Shown: piece after piece, positions 1-7,594 of the stretch
How the letters are laid out: the number at the start of each line of letters is the position of its first letter
How positions within the stretch are numbered: position 1 is the first letter of the stretch
Virus record (IMG/VR): IMGVR_UViG_3300043446_003158
Location: 1 to 64,000 of that record
From: a virus
Reading direction: 5' to 3' (one strand)
Length of the DNA stretch: 64,000 nucleotides
Notes under the pieces: generated by a model
Databases searched by the model: none
Told to the model about the DNA's origin: nothing
Seen by the model: the letters and a program-made list of their open reading frames with translations, nothing else
Program-made: the position numbers and the translations under genes

Positions 1-555
1 CATCACATATCGGTGTTTGCGGGAGCGTTCTTTCCATTCTCCTGCAGCACCTTTAATTTTGCCTCTAGAGTGTTTAGTTCCGTCTGCATAGTAGAAATCT
101 TTCTTTGGGTCTGTGAGTCCGCAATATTTAAAATTACAAGCACGATAGATTGTACCATTATGAAAATCACTATCAGCGTAAGAGATGATTGCTTTAACTT
201 CAGTATCCTTCCGTAACTGTCTAATCGATCTTGAAACAAACCAAGAAGTGATATTATGCTCGCCAGATTGGGTGTCTGGGTGAATGCAGAGCCGCGAAAG
301 TTCAAATAATCCTTGCTGTTCATTTCTTTCTAAACCAAAGGCACCCTTTGCGATTTCGGGGACTGGCAGTCCAGTAAAAATACAAACTCCCAGAAGACCA
401 CCAACATTCAAAGGACTGAAATCATTCTTCTTAAAAAGACCGTAATTATAACCAGATTTAAATCCTTTTGAAAAATCTTTGAGATAGTGGTATTCTAGGA
501 GTAGTTCTTCTGCCTGTTTTTTGGAAATCCTTTCAATATAATAATCAGATTTCAT
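1..555 (-). CDS. Mom-like (GNAT-fold) DNA adenine-modification protein, runs off the left edge
   Basis: My translation; not in the ORF track. ATG at 555, open for 185 codons to position 1: MKSDYYIERISKKQAEELLLEYHYLK...GLFELSRLCIHPD...ITSWFVSRSIRQLRKDTEVKAIISYADSDFHNGTIYRACNFKYCG. The HY, ELxRL and ISYAD-x-H-x-GxIY-x-A-x-NF motifs fit the Mu Mom family. Confidence 0.75.
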   Translation of the reverse strand, partial: MKSDYYIERISKKQAEELLLEYHYLKDFSKGFKSGYNYGLFKKNDFSPLNVGGLLGVCIFTGLPVPEIAKGAFGLERNEQQGLFELSRLCIHPDTQSGEHNITSWFVSRSIRQLRKDTEVKAIISYADSDFHNGTIYRACNFKYCGLTDPKKDFYYADGTKHSRGKIKGAAGEWKERSRKHRYVM

Positions 556-556
556 T

Positions 557-579
557 AAAAAAGGGGGATTTCTCCCCCC
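557..579 (-). terminator. Intrinsic terminator after gp32
   Basis: Minus strand GGGGGA-GAAA-TCCCCC-TTTTTT. Confidence 0.85.
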
Positions 580-593
580 ATTATAGCACCTAA

Positions 594-1523
594 TCAGTCT
601 TCTGCCAAGCGGGCGAAGTAGGAAAGGGCATCATCGTCTTCATCCTCTTCCGCAGGTGCAGCAGCACGGCGGGTAGGTTGAAGGTTGTTGATTTCTGAAC
701 GAAGATCTTCAGTCAGTTCGCGGGTAGAACCACGAGTGTTATCTTCTTCTTCAAACTCTTCAGGATCTTGATAACGAGGAGTACCTTTAGTACCAAGAAC
801 ATATTCAAGACGCTTCTTCAGTTCATCATAAGATTTGAACTGGTCGGCAGCAGTCAGTTCGGCAAGAGAATACTGCTTTTTCCACACTTCTTCCATTGCA
901 TCATCATCATCTAGAAGAGCACCCTGTTTACCAAACTCGCTGGAGTCATAGTTGCGATATCCAGCAACATTCTTTGCCTTCAGTTTAAAGTTAGCACCTT
1001 GCCAGAAGTCAAACGGATCAATTGCTTCCTCATCTTCAAATTCAGGTTGCATTGCTTCGGTAATTTTATCAAAGATTTTCTTACCGTATTTGAAGAGGAA
1101 AACTTTACCTTCGTTTTCAGGATTAGCAGGATCCTTGACAACGTAGATGTTAGAAATATAAGTCAGTTTACGCTTTTGCTTACGTGCCTGTTCTTTTCCA
1201 GCATCAGTGCCGTTGTTCCACAGCAAAGTATTGTGCTCGGAAACAGGATCTTTTTGCCCCAGAGTGGTGAGAGAATTTTCAATATACCAACCACCAGTGC
1301 CTTGGAATGCGTGACTGTAGAGTTTTACGAACGGAAGGTCTTCACCGTTAGGTGCAGGAAGGAAACGGATCACGGCATAACCATTGCCGCTTTTATCTAC
1401 ATCCAGTTTCCACACACGGTCATCACTAGAACCGCTACTAGTATTCATTTTTTCAACTTCTTTCACCAGTTTAGCGGTGAGAGAACCCAGTTTGGATTGT
1501 TTCTTAAGATCTGCGAAAGACAT
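594..1523 (-). CDS. gp32: T4-like single-stranded DNA-binding protein gp32
   Basis: MSFADLKKQS start; GNGYAVIRFLP, GWYIENSLTT, FDFWQGANFKLK; acidic C-terminal tail DDDALSYFARLAED. Confidence 0.96.
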   Translation of the reverse strand: MSFADLKKQSKLGSLTAKLVKEVEKMNTSSGSSDDRVWKLDVDKSGNGYAVIRFLPAPNGEDLPFVKLYSHAFQGTGGWYIENSLTTLGQKDPVSEHNTLLWNNGTDAGKEQARKQKRKLTYISNIYVVKDPANPENEGKVFLFKYGKKIFDKITEAMQPEFEDEEAIDPFDFWQGANFKLKAKNVAGYRNYDSSEFGKQGALLDDDDAMEEVWKKQYSLAELTAADQFKSYDELKKRLEYVLGTKGTPRYQDPEEFEEEDNTRGSTRELTEDLRSEINNLQPTRRAAAPAEEDEDDDALSYFARLAED

Positions 1524-1565
1524 TAGATTACCTCGGATTAATTGGATTTGGAGGATTACTTTGAT

Positions 1566-1594
1566 AGTATAACAGGGTTTCCTTCAGGCGTCAA
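1566..1594 (-). promoter_or_regulatory. Sigma70-type promoter for gp32
   Basis: Minus strand TTGACG-N17-TATACT, about 40 nt upstream of the gp32 ATG. Confidence 0.75.
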
Positions 1595-1916
1595 GGTATT
1601 GCTTGAGGGATTCAATTGTTTTGTTCATACTACTGAACAATAAATTCATATCAGTTTCTGGTGGAAATCCCATCAGAGCAACTGATTTTCTCAAATTCTC
1701 TTTCATTTCAACTGCTTGTGGATCATCGGAAAGAGACAAACGTGTATACATTACACGTTGCTTTTCAAGAAGTTCCGTAAGCTTTTCAATATGTTCCAGT
1801 TTATCTTCACGAGTCATCATTCCGAAAGTAAGAATACTTCCGTAAATTTTTTCTTGTAATTTGTTGATTTCTCTCAATTCTTCCTGAATAATATCAGAAT
1901 CAAAAAAACTACTCAT
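1584..1916 (-). CDS. Conserved cyanophage protein (DUF1825-like)
   Basis: MSSFFDSDIIQEEL...RLSLSDDPQAVEMKE; usual position between gp59 and gp32; ATG at 1916 preferred over the TTG start in the track. Confidence 0.7.
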   Translation of the reverse strand: MSSFFDSDIIQEELREINKLQEKIYGSILTFGMMTREDKLEHIEKLTELLEKQRVMYTRLSLSDDPQAVEMKENLRKSVALMGFPPETDMNLLFSSMNKTIESLKQYLDA

Positions 1917-2499
1917 CAACAATTCTCCTCAAAATTTTCTTAAACTGGAATACATCAATATTTAGGAATGGATTATATTTTTTAACTTTCAAACTTACGG
2001 TTTCCCACACTGGATCAAGCAGTTTCTTATCAAAATCTTTTGAAAAAGAAAAGATTTTGTCGTAGATTACGAATGTTTCTAGTGATAATTTCCCGCTTAG
2101 AAATTTTTTGAGAACTAGTGGATGTCCTTTGGAACAACTCAATACATCCTCTAATTTTGTTTCCGAGAACAATTCTTCCGATTGTTCTTTGAACAAGTAA
2201 GTCAAACTCTGCTGTCTCCGCATCCAATCTGCGTAAGTTCTTTCTCCAGAATTGATAATTTCGCCAATCCATAAGTTTGAAGGGTTATCTGCGGAAACAA
2301 AATTTGAAAGTAAAAAATCTATTACTTCTTTATCTGAATATTTACGACTGGTTTTCTCAAACCAATATTTATCTTTTCTTTTGTTAAATGATGTAATTGT
2401 TGCTCTTGACTTACCACCATACTTAAAAAAGTCATATTTACTGTTAGTAAAATGACTTTTCATAGAAAGATAAGTTTGATATGTCTCAAAAGGACTCAT
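1909..2499 (-). CDS. gp59: gp59 helicase loader
   Basis: YLSMKSHFTNSKYDFFKYGGK, RKDKYWFEK; synteny with gp33 and gp32. Confidence 0.9.
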   Translation of the reverse strand: MSPFETYQTYLSMKSHFTNSKYDFFKYGGKSRATITSFNKRKDKYWFEKTSRKYSDKEVIDFLLSNFVSADNPSNLWIGEIINSGERTYADWMRRQQSLTYLFKEQSEELFSETKLEDVLSCSKGHPLVLKKFLSGKLSLETFVIYDKIFSFSKDFDKKLLDPVWETVSLKVKKYNPFLNIDVFQFKKILRRIVDE

Positions 2500-2756
2500 A
2501 GAGGAAGTTTAGCACGGGAAGTTTTTTTCATAAAATTAAGACGAGTTGCGTCCCATTTTAACTTTTCTTTCAAAGGTTTTGAAATTATTTTAGTAATTGA
2601 TTCTATTTCAATCTCATTAACTTCACAATAATGTACAATAGCATCAATATAATTGATTTTTTCTATCGTCACTATTTTTTCAATTTCTAACGCAAATTTA
2701 GATGGTGTTAGAAATTTATTTTCTATTACCTTTTCTATTTCTTTATTTTGTTCCAT
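2496..2756 (-). CDS. gp33: gp33 late-transcription coactivator
   Basis: FALEIEKIV...NYIDAIVHYCEVNEIEIESITKIISKPLKEKLKWDA; likely start MEQNK at 2756. Confidence 0.85.
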   Translation of the reverse strand: MEQNKEIEKVIENKFLTPSKFALEIEKIVTIEKINYIDAIVHYCEVNEIEIESITKIISKPLKEKLKWDATRLNFMKKTSRAKLPL

Positions 2757-3429
2757 ACAGTTCCAGTTTATCTCTAACAAACTCTCTAATGTATTCGGTG
2801 AGTAGTTTGATGTACTTTGATTTGTCTCTTTCTTCATAAACAATGCATTCTCCATTTTCGCAAGCCATGATAATTACAAGTTTTTTTACGGGAATACCTG
2901 TGAGTTCATAGAACATACAAGCATAAGCAGCACACTGAACAAAATAGTGCTCAATCCACTCCCGTGGTTTTGGTTTTTTAGATGTTTTAAAGTCGATTAT
3001 TGCTAATTCGCCATCAAACTCTGCAATACAATCTACAGTTCCCGCTACTCCAAGAATTTTGCTGTATAAGGAACTTTCAAGAGCATGAATATTATTTATA
3101 CGATTTAAATCTGGTTTGGCAATTTTAAATAAAAATTGTGACAAAGGTTGAACATCTGGAAGATCTTCATTCTTTAGAAGATGTTCAACTAAGGTATGCA
3201 TATCAGTACCGCGACTGGTTGCCTGCCTAGTAATTTTATCTGCTTCTTCTTCTCCAATTTTTTTACGCCAGTTTGCAAAGAACTGGCGATTTTTATGACT
3301 GGTGACAGAAGTAATAGAAACTAAACGAAGCAATTCTTCTAAATCTGGAACCTTATAATATCTAACACCATCTATGGTCTCCCGTTCAAGTTTAGGGAGA
3401 TCAACATCAATATGTTTAAAAGTAATCAT
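2743..3429 (-). CDS. PD-(D/E)xK exonuclease
   Basis: SRGTDMH, AGTVDCIAEFDGELAIIDFKTS, QCAAYA motifs; conserved cyanomyovirus position. Confidence 0.85.
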   Translation of the reverse strand: MITFKHIDVDLPKLERETIDGVRYYKVPDLEELLRLVSITSVTSHKNRQFFANWRKKIGEEEADKITRQATSRGTDMHTLVEHLLKNEDLPDVQPLSQFLFKIAKPDLNRINNIHALESSLYSKILGVAGTVDCIAEFDGELAIIDFKTSKKPKPREWIEHYFVQCAAYACMFYELTGIPVKKLVIIMACENGECIVYEERDKSKYIKLLTEYIREFVRDKLELYGTK

Positions 3430-4235
3430 TTTTCAATAGCAAAAAAAACTTGGGTCAATCTATCTTCAAAATCGTTAACAAATGCTTCTGTAGCAGTGTG
3501 AAAATAAGTAGAATCGTAAATTACTAATCTGTTATAAACGTTTTCAAAATTTTTAACTGGTTCAAATTCAGAATCAAAAATATTTTTATAATAAAGATAT
3601 TTCTTAAGATGTTTTTCTTTTTTAAGAAATGTATTATACATTTCTTGATATTCCCAAAATATATTATTTGATGATAAAAAAACATCCTCATTATATTTTT
3701 TAAATTTTAGATTAAAAAATAAAGAATAATTAACTGGATTAAAAAATTTTATATCCTGTTCTGATGATTGTTTTAATTTAAAAATAGTTGTTCCAGAATT
3801 TGGGTTATGAACTTCTTTATTTAAATAAAGAACTCCAGCATAACATTTCCTATTTAAATTTTTAGACTTATACTGATAATTGTCAGTATGAATAAATCCA
3901 GTATTTAATTTAGAATATTTGCTTTTAGAAAATAATGGTGTTTTATGAAATGATAACTCTCTAAAAATATAATTATCTGGATTAAATAAACTACACTTTT
4001 TTTTTAATACATTTAAAAAATTTATATAATATTTTTTATACATCACATATTCTTTTATATGTGGGCAACTTTTAAAAGTACGTTTATAATTAAATCCTTG
4101 AGTTCTTAAACCAGGATATCCTTCAGTTTTTGATCTAAGATAAAAACAATTTTCAGACAAAGCAAAATTTCTAACATCATCGGGATCATCATAAAAATTA
4201 TCTATGCAAACTGTATCATTGAACCTATACTTCAT
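3426..4235 (-). CDS. 2OG-Fe(II) oxygenase-like protein (DUF6445-like)
   Basis: IDNFYDDPDDVR, YPGLRT, HxD (FIHTD), AGVLYLN, NRLVIYDSTYFH, RLTQVFF; strongly AT-rich. Confidence 0.7.
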   Translation of the reverse strand: MKYRFNDTVCIDNFYDDPDDVRNFALSENCFYLRSKTEGYPGLRTQGFNYKRTFKSCPHIKEYVMYKKYYINFLNVLKKKCSLFNPDNYIFRELSFHKTPLFSKSKYSKLNTGFIHTDNYQYKSKNLNRKCYAGVLYLNKEVHNPNSGTTIFKLKQSSEQDIKFFNPVNYSLFFNLKFKKYNEDVFLSSNNIFWEYQEMYNTFLKKEKHLKKYLYYKNIFDSEFEPVKNFENVYNRLVIYDSTYFHTATEAFVNDFEDRLTQVFFAIEK

Positions 4236-4241
4236 TATTAA

Positions 4242-5000
4242 TTAAAATCCAGAATCAATTTTTGCAATAATATATTCTTTAACTAATCCAGAACGAACAA
4301 TATCGTCAACACCAAATTCTATGAGTTCAATAGATGGCATAGATCTCAAAATTTTCATAAAATCAATAATTCCATTACGATCATTTGTTTTTTGAAGATC
4401 CGATTGTGTCGCATCTCCACAAAACATAATCTTGGAATTTTCACCAATACGTGTAATTATACTATCCAATTCATGAAAGGTCAAATTCTGAAACTCATCA
4501 ACAATAACAATAGCATTATCCAAAGTTGTTCCGCGAAGAAAAGAAGTACTCCAGAATTTAATTGTTTCTTGTGATTTTAAATTACCATAAAGCATTTCAA
4601 AATCAGCATCTGTTGGCATTTGGAACATATATTTGACCATATTCTTATAAGGAATTTGGTAAATATCTGCCTTATCATCATGAGTTCCTGGAAGAAATCC
4701 AATTTCACGAGTTGCAACAAGAGAACGAACTAGATAAATTTTTTCATAAGGACTACTTTCATCTAGAACATCACATAAAGCATTATAGAGAGTAATGAAA
4801 GTTTTGCCAGTTCCTGCACACCCATAAGCAACTACATGTTTATTTTGGGCATAAGCATCAAAAAACTTCTTTTGATTATCGGTAACTGGTTCAATATCTA
4901 AAAGATATTCTGAACTTAAAGGCTTTCTCCGTTTCATCTGCTTTGCCGTGAGTCCAACCCCAATAGGTTGCTCTGCAGATCCTCTTTTTCTTCTTGCCAT
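4242..5000 (-). CDS. phoH: PhoH-family ATPase
   Basis: Walker A GCAGTGKT, EIGFLPG, SFLRGTTL, IVDEFQN, GDATQSD, DDIVRSGLV. Confidence 0.95.
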   Translation of the reverse strand: MARRKRGSAEQPIGVGLTAKQMKRRKPLSSEYLLDIEPVTDNQKKFFDAYAQNKHVVAYGCAGTGKTFITLYNALCDVLDESSPYEKIYLVRSLVATREIGFLPGTHDDKADIYQIPYKNMVKYMFQMPTDADFEMLYGNLKSQETIKFWSTSFLRGTTLDNAIVIVDEFQNLTFHELDSIITRIGENSKIMFCGDATQSDLQKTNDRNGIIDFMKILRSMPSIELIEFGVDDIVRSGLVKEYIIAKIDSGF

Positions 5001-5001
5001 A

Positions 5002-5250
5002 CTAGATTTTCTTTACGTTTGATCCAGGCATTTTTGCAGCACGTCCTAAAACGTCGTTCCATCCTGGGTTTTTACTGATAAGTTTATTCTGCCAATCACC
5101 AACCTCCCCTGGTTGAGGGCAAGTTGATGGATCAGACCAATCACGAATCCAATCTGGATTATCTTTTCTCCACTGGTCCCAAACGTGGATACTCATTTCC
5201 ACTTCTTTTTGTTCACCAGTTTTTGTATTCACTACAGGATATGTTGGCAT
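5002..5250 (-). CDS. Conserved cyanophage hypothetical protein
   Basis: MPTYPVVNTKTGE...; tight spacing between thyX and phoH. Confidence 0.7.
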   Translation of the reverse strand: MPTYPVVNTKTGEQKEVEMSIHVWDQWRKDNPDWIRDWSDPSTCPQPGEVGDWQNKLISKNPGWNDVLGRAAKMPGSNVKKI

Positions 5251-5276
5251 AAAGTTACGAATTCAAGATAATTTAT

Positions 5277-5909
5277 TTAGACCCATTCAAGTGCTTCCGC
5301 AACTGTTGGAAATTGTTCGGAAAACACCTTCTTACATTCCAGAGCAATGTCCATATGCTCTTTCTGTGTTCCATTTTTTTCACGAAGGTTGATATAATGA
5401 ATCCAACTGCGGCAGGATCCAGTCATATAAATGCGTGTGGGCGTTGCTAGGGGCAATACAAACCTTGCACATTCCTTTGCTACCCCCTTATCAAGAAGTT
5501 CCTTGTAGAGTTCCATAGATGCCTGAAAATGATCATTAATCTTCAACCAAAGATCCTGTTTCACATCTTTGGAAAAATCATCAATAGAATTCTGACGATT
5601 TTTGGTATCCTGACGGCGGAGATCGGGCACAGGAATCTCACCCAATAGAGAAGAATCTGCATAACGTTGAGAAAACTCTTGGAACGTAAACGAACGGTGC
5701 CTCAAAATCTGTGCTGCAATCCCACGAGTCGTCTCAATCTCCAGAGTCATAGAACTTTGTTCAAACACAGACCAATGATTATGCTTAATACAATAAGCAA
5801 GCAACTTGGCATAGTTTTCGTTGTCTTGATTCGCAGGATTGCTAACTCGTGCAATAAACGCCATTGTTTTTTCTGCATCGGGGGTTACACTGATAAGTTT
5901 TACAGTCAT
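5277..5909 (-). CDS. thyX: Flavin-dependent thymidylate synthase
   Basis: RHRSFTFQEFSQRY signature, HWSVFEQ, KECARFVLP. Confidence 0.95.
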   Translation of the reverse strand: MTVKLISVTPDAEKTMAFIARVSNPANQDNENYAKLLAYCIKHNHWSVFEQSSMTLEIETTRGIAAQILRHRSFTFQEFSQRYADSSLLGEIPVPDLRRQDTKNRQNSIDDFSKDVKQDLWLKINDHFQASMELYKELLDKGVAKECARFVLPLATPTRIYMTGSCRSWIHYINLREKNGTQKEHMDIALECKKVFSEQFPTVAEALEWV

Positions 5910-6076
5910 TTCTTTCCAAATCCTTTTGATGTTTGTGCTTCCAATTTTGCAAGTTCTTCTTTTAATACTCGCAATTCCTCTTTCATTTCTTTACGTCTTT
6001 CTTCAGAAAACAAATATCCTTCTTGTTTTAAAAGTCTTTCTAAAAGTTTTACTAGTTCTTTTGCTCTATTACTCAT
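5906..6076 (-). CDS. Small hypothetical protein (56 aa)
   Basis: My translation MSNRAKELVKLLERLLKQ...TSKGFGKK; stop overlaps the thyX ATG (ATGA). Confidence 0.65.
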   Translation of the reverse strand: MSNRAKELVKLLERLLKQEGYLFSEERRKEMKEELRVLKEELAKLEAQTSKGFGKK

Positions 6077-6239
6077 CTAAATCAGAATCCTCAAATATTT
6101 CATCATAATCCAAAATTGGTTTTTTTCCAATCGGTTTCGTGGGAGTATAGGCAGAAACATCAGAATAAACTTCTGCCTTTAAAGAATCGACCAATAATTC
6201 AAGATTACGAACAATAAGTTTTAATTTTTCTTTATCCAT
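6069..6239 (-). CDS. Small conserved cyanophage protein (56 aa)
   Basis: My translation MDKEKLKLIVRNLELLVDSLKAEVYSD...DYDEIFEDSDLDE; overlaps the next gene start. Confidence 0.65.
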   Translation of the reverse strand: MDKEKLKLIVRNLELLVDSLKAEVYSDVSAYTPTKPIGKKPILDYDEIFEDSDLDE

Positions 6240-6245
6240 AAAATA

Positions 6246-6806
6246 TCAAATAGTTTCTGGAATTTTATATGACCAAACAGTTTGGTCATAGTCAACAATT
6301 GGATTTGGAATTAATTCATTTACTGCTTCCGTAACACCATAGAAATTAGCATAATCATGTCCAGCAATAATTCCACCTGGTTTTACTTTAGGCATCCATG
6401 CTTGAATGTCTTTAATGACATCCCAATATTCATGTGAAGCATCAATATAAACAAAATCTATAGATCTATCTTTAAATTTAGAAGCTGCAGAAAGAGAAGA
6501 AACTTTTAAAGGAAAATAATATTTTTCCAACGGTTTCATGTTTTCCAAAAAAGTATCATATAAAGTTGTCAAACAATCCATTCCCTGATGATCTGGTCCA
6601 CCTTGCCAAGTATCAACACAATAAAAATCAATATCTTTTCCAGAATTAATGATTTCAACAATCATAAAAGAAGAAGATTTTCCTTTCCAAGAACCAACTT
6701 CAACAAATTTACTACCACTAGGAAAAGTTTCAACTATACTTTTGTAAAAAGTGGAATAATTAAACCAATTTTCACCAAATTGTGGTTCAGTATAAATATG
6801 TTCCAT
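6246..6806 (-). CDS. Class I SAM-dependent methyltransferase (Methyltransf_24-like)
   Basis: VEVGSWKGKS, VDTW, FVYIDASHEY, PGGIIAGHDY. Confidence 0.85.
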   Translation of the reverse strand: MEHIYTEPQFGENWFNYSTFYKSIVETFPSGSKFVEVGSWKGKSSSFMIVEIINSGKDIDFYCVDTWQGGPDHQGMDCLTTLYDTFLENMKPLEKYYFPLKVSSLSAASKFKDRSIDFVYIDASHEYWDVIKDIQAWMPKVKPGGIIAGHDYANFYGVTEAVNELIPNPIVDYDQTVWSYKIPETI

Positions 6807-6837
6807 AAAAAGTTATATACATAACACCATTTTACAT

Positions 6838-6863
6838 AAAAAAAGGGGGGAAGTCAATCCCCC
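6838..6863 (-). terminator. Intrinsic terminator
   Basis: Minus strand GGGGGA-TTGACT-TCCCCC-C-TTTTTTT. Confidence 0.8.
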
Positions 6864-6870
6864 GATGTTA

Positions 6871-6972
6871 TCATGTAACTTGTGGTTGCTTTGCCATATT
6901 AATCTGGGCAAGATGAAGGAGTTTTTCTCTCCTTGCTTTTTGCTTCAGATAACGAACGAAGTAAGTATTCAT
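6871..6972 (-). CDS. Small basic peptide (33 aa)
   Basis: MNTYFVRYLKQKARREKLLHLAQINMAKQPQVT; strong SD GGAGGTG; ATGA overlap with the upstream ORF. Confidence 0.55.
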   Translation of the reverse strand: MNTYFVRYLKQKARREKLLHLAQINMAKQPQVT

Positions 6973-7133
6973 TTTACACCTCCCTTGGATTTCTCCATGT
7001 GAAGTTTGTTACCACTTTCATCAACATAAAACATTGTACCACGATATATTTCTACATGTGGTTCAATCTTAAATGTTTGATTTGGGCGATCTGTGGTGTC
7101 ATATTCAACACCACGATATACGACTTTAGACAT
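6969..7133 (-). CDS. DUF4278-like small protein (54 aa)
   Basis: MSKVVYRGVEYDTT...EIYRGTMF with two YRG motifs; SD AAGGAG at 7141-7146. Confidence 0.7.
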   Translation of the reverse strand: MSKVVYRGVEYDTTDRPNQTFKIEPHVEIYRGTMFYVDESGNKLHMEKSKGGVK

Positions 7134-7162
7134 TAGGTTTCTCCTTAATGGTTTAGGTTAAA

Positions 7163-7245
7163 GAGCGTTCCTTCAGTCGGCGTTTGCGTTCGCTATTTGA
7201 GAATAGCGAATGAACGATCCGTTCCGCGTCGGCTTACTTCCGTCC
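7163..7245 (-). ncRNA. Glutamine-riboswitch-like structured leader (glnA/Downstream-peptide type)
   Basis: Minus strand GACGGAAGTAAGCCGACGCGGAACGG-ATCGTTCA-[TTCGCTATT CTCA AATAGCGAA hairpin]-CGCAAACGCCGACTGAAGGAACGC. CGTTC/GAACG pairing plus GGAAGTAAG and CTGAAGGAACG elements resemble glnA aptamers; it lies upstream of a DUF4278-like gene. Confidence 0.6.
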
Positions 7246-7254
7246 TATTCAGTT

Positions 7255-7461
7255 TTAGCACTTAAGTTTTACAACATCCTTTCGGAGTTCTAATAGCAAT
7301 CGGTCTTCTCTTCTTTGGTCTACTACATCGTCGTTTTTAACGATGTCCATTAGTTCCCACGCTGCGTCGCAACTTATTGTCACATAATTTGATTTGGCAA
7401 GTTGAGGCGTAGAAATAGAAAGAAGCGGAACCCATGCCAAAAGCAAAAGTGCTTTAGTCAT
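7255..7461 (-). CDS. Small hypothetical protein with signal-peptide-like N-terminus
   Basis: MTKALLLLAWVPLLSISTP; two Cys residues. Confidence 0.6.
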   Translation of the reverse strand: MTKALLLLAWVPLLSISTPQLAKSNYVTISCDAAWELMDIVKNDDVVDQRREDRLLLELRKDVVKLKC

Positions 7462-7518
7462 AGGATGAACGGTAGAGGATTATTATACCTCTAGTTACAT
7501 TATATATGCAACTAATTT

Positions 7519-7534
7519 TGTAACATTTGTTACA
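7519..7534. promoter_or_regulatory. NtcA-type binding site
   Basis: T-GTA-ACATTTGT-TAC-A (GTA-N8-TAC with TGTA/TACA flanks); intergenic, just upstream of two minus-strand TATAAT hexamers. Confidence 0.6.
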
Positions 7535-7555
7535 ATTTTATAAAATCTTAAGGGC

Positions 7556-7585
7556 AAAAAAATACCTGGAATTTTTTTTCCAGGT
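7556..7585 (-). terminator. Intrinsic terminator
   Basis: Minus strand ACCTGGAA-AAAAAA-TTCCAGGT-A-TTTTTTT. Confidence 0.75.
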
Positions 7586-7594
7586 CTAGGTAAA

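Noticed and set aside
3-323. 106-aa minus-strand ORF in the track
   Set aside because: Shadow frame of the longer Mom-like ORF (555 to <1), which carries recognisable family motifs.
3093-3100. Perfect TATAAATA late promoter on the minus strand
   Set aside because: It lies inside a coding region ~340 bp from the next start; such matches are expected by chance in AT-rich DNA.
2743-3429. Cas4 / CRISPR-associated function
   Set aside because: PD-(D/E)xK nuclease in the standard cyanomyovirus core position, without the Cas4 Fe-S cysteine cluster or CRISPR context.
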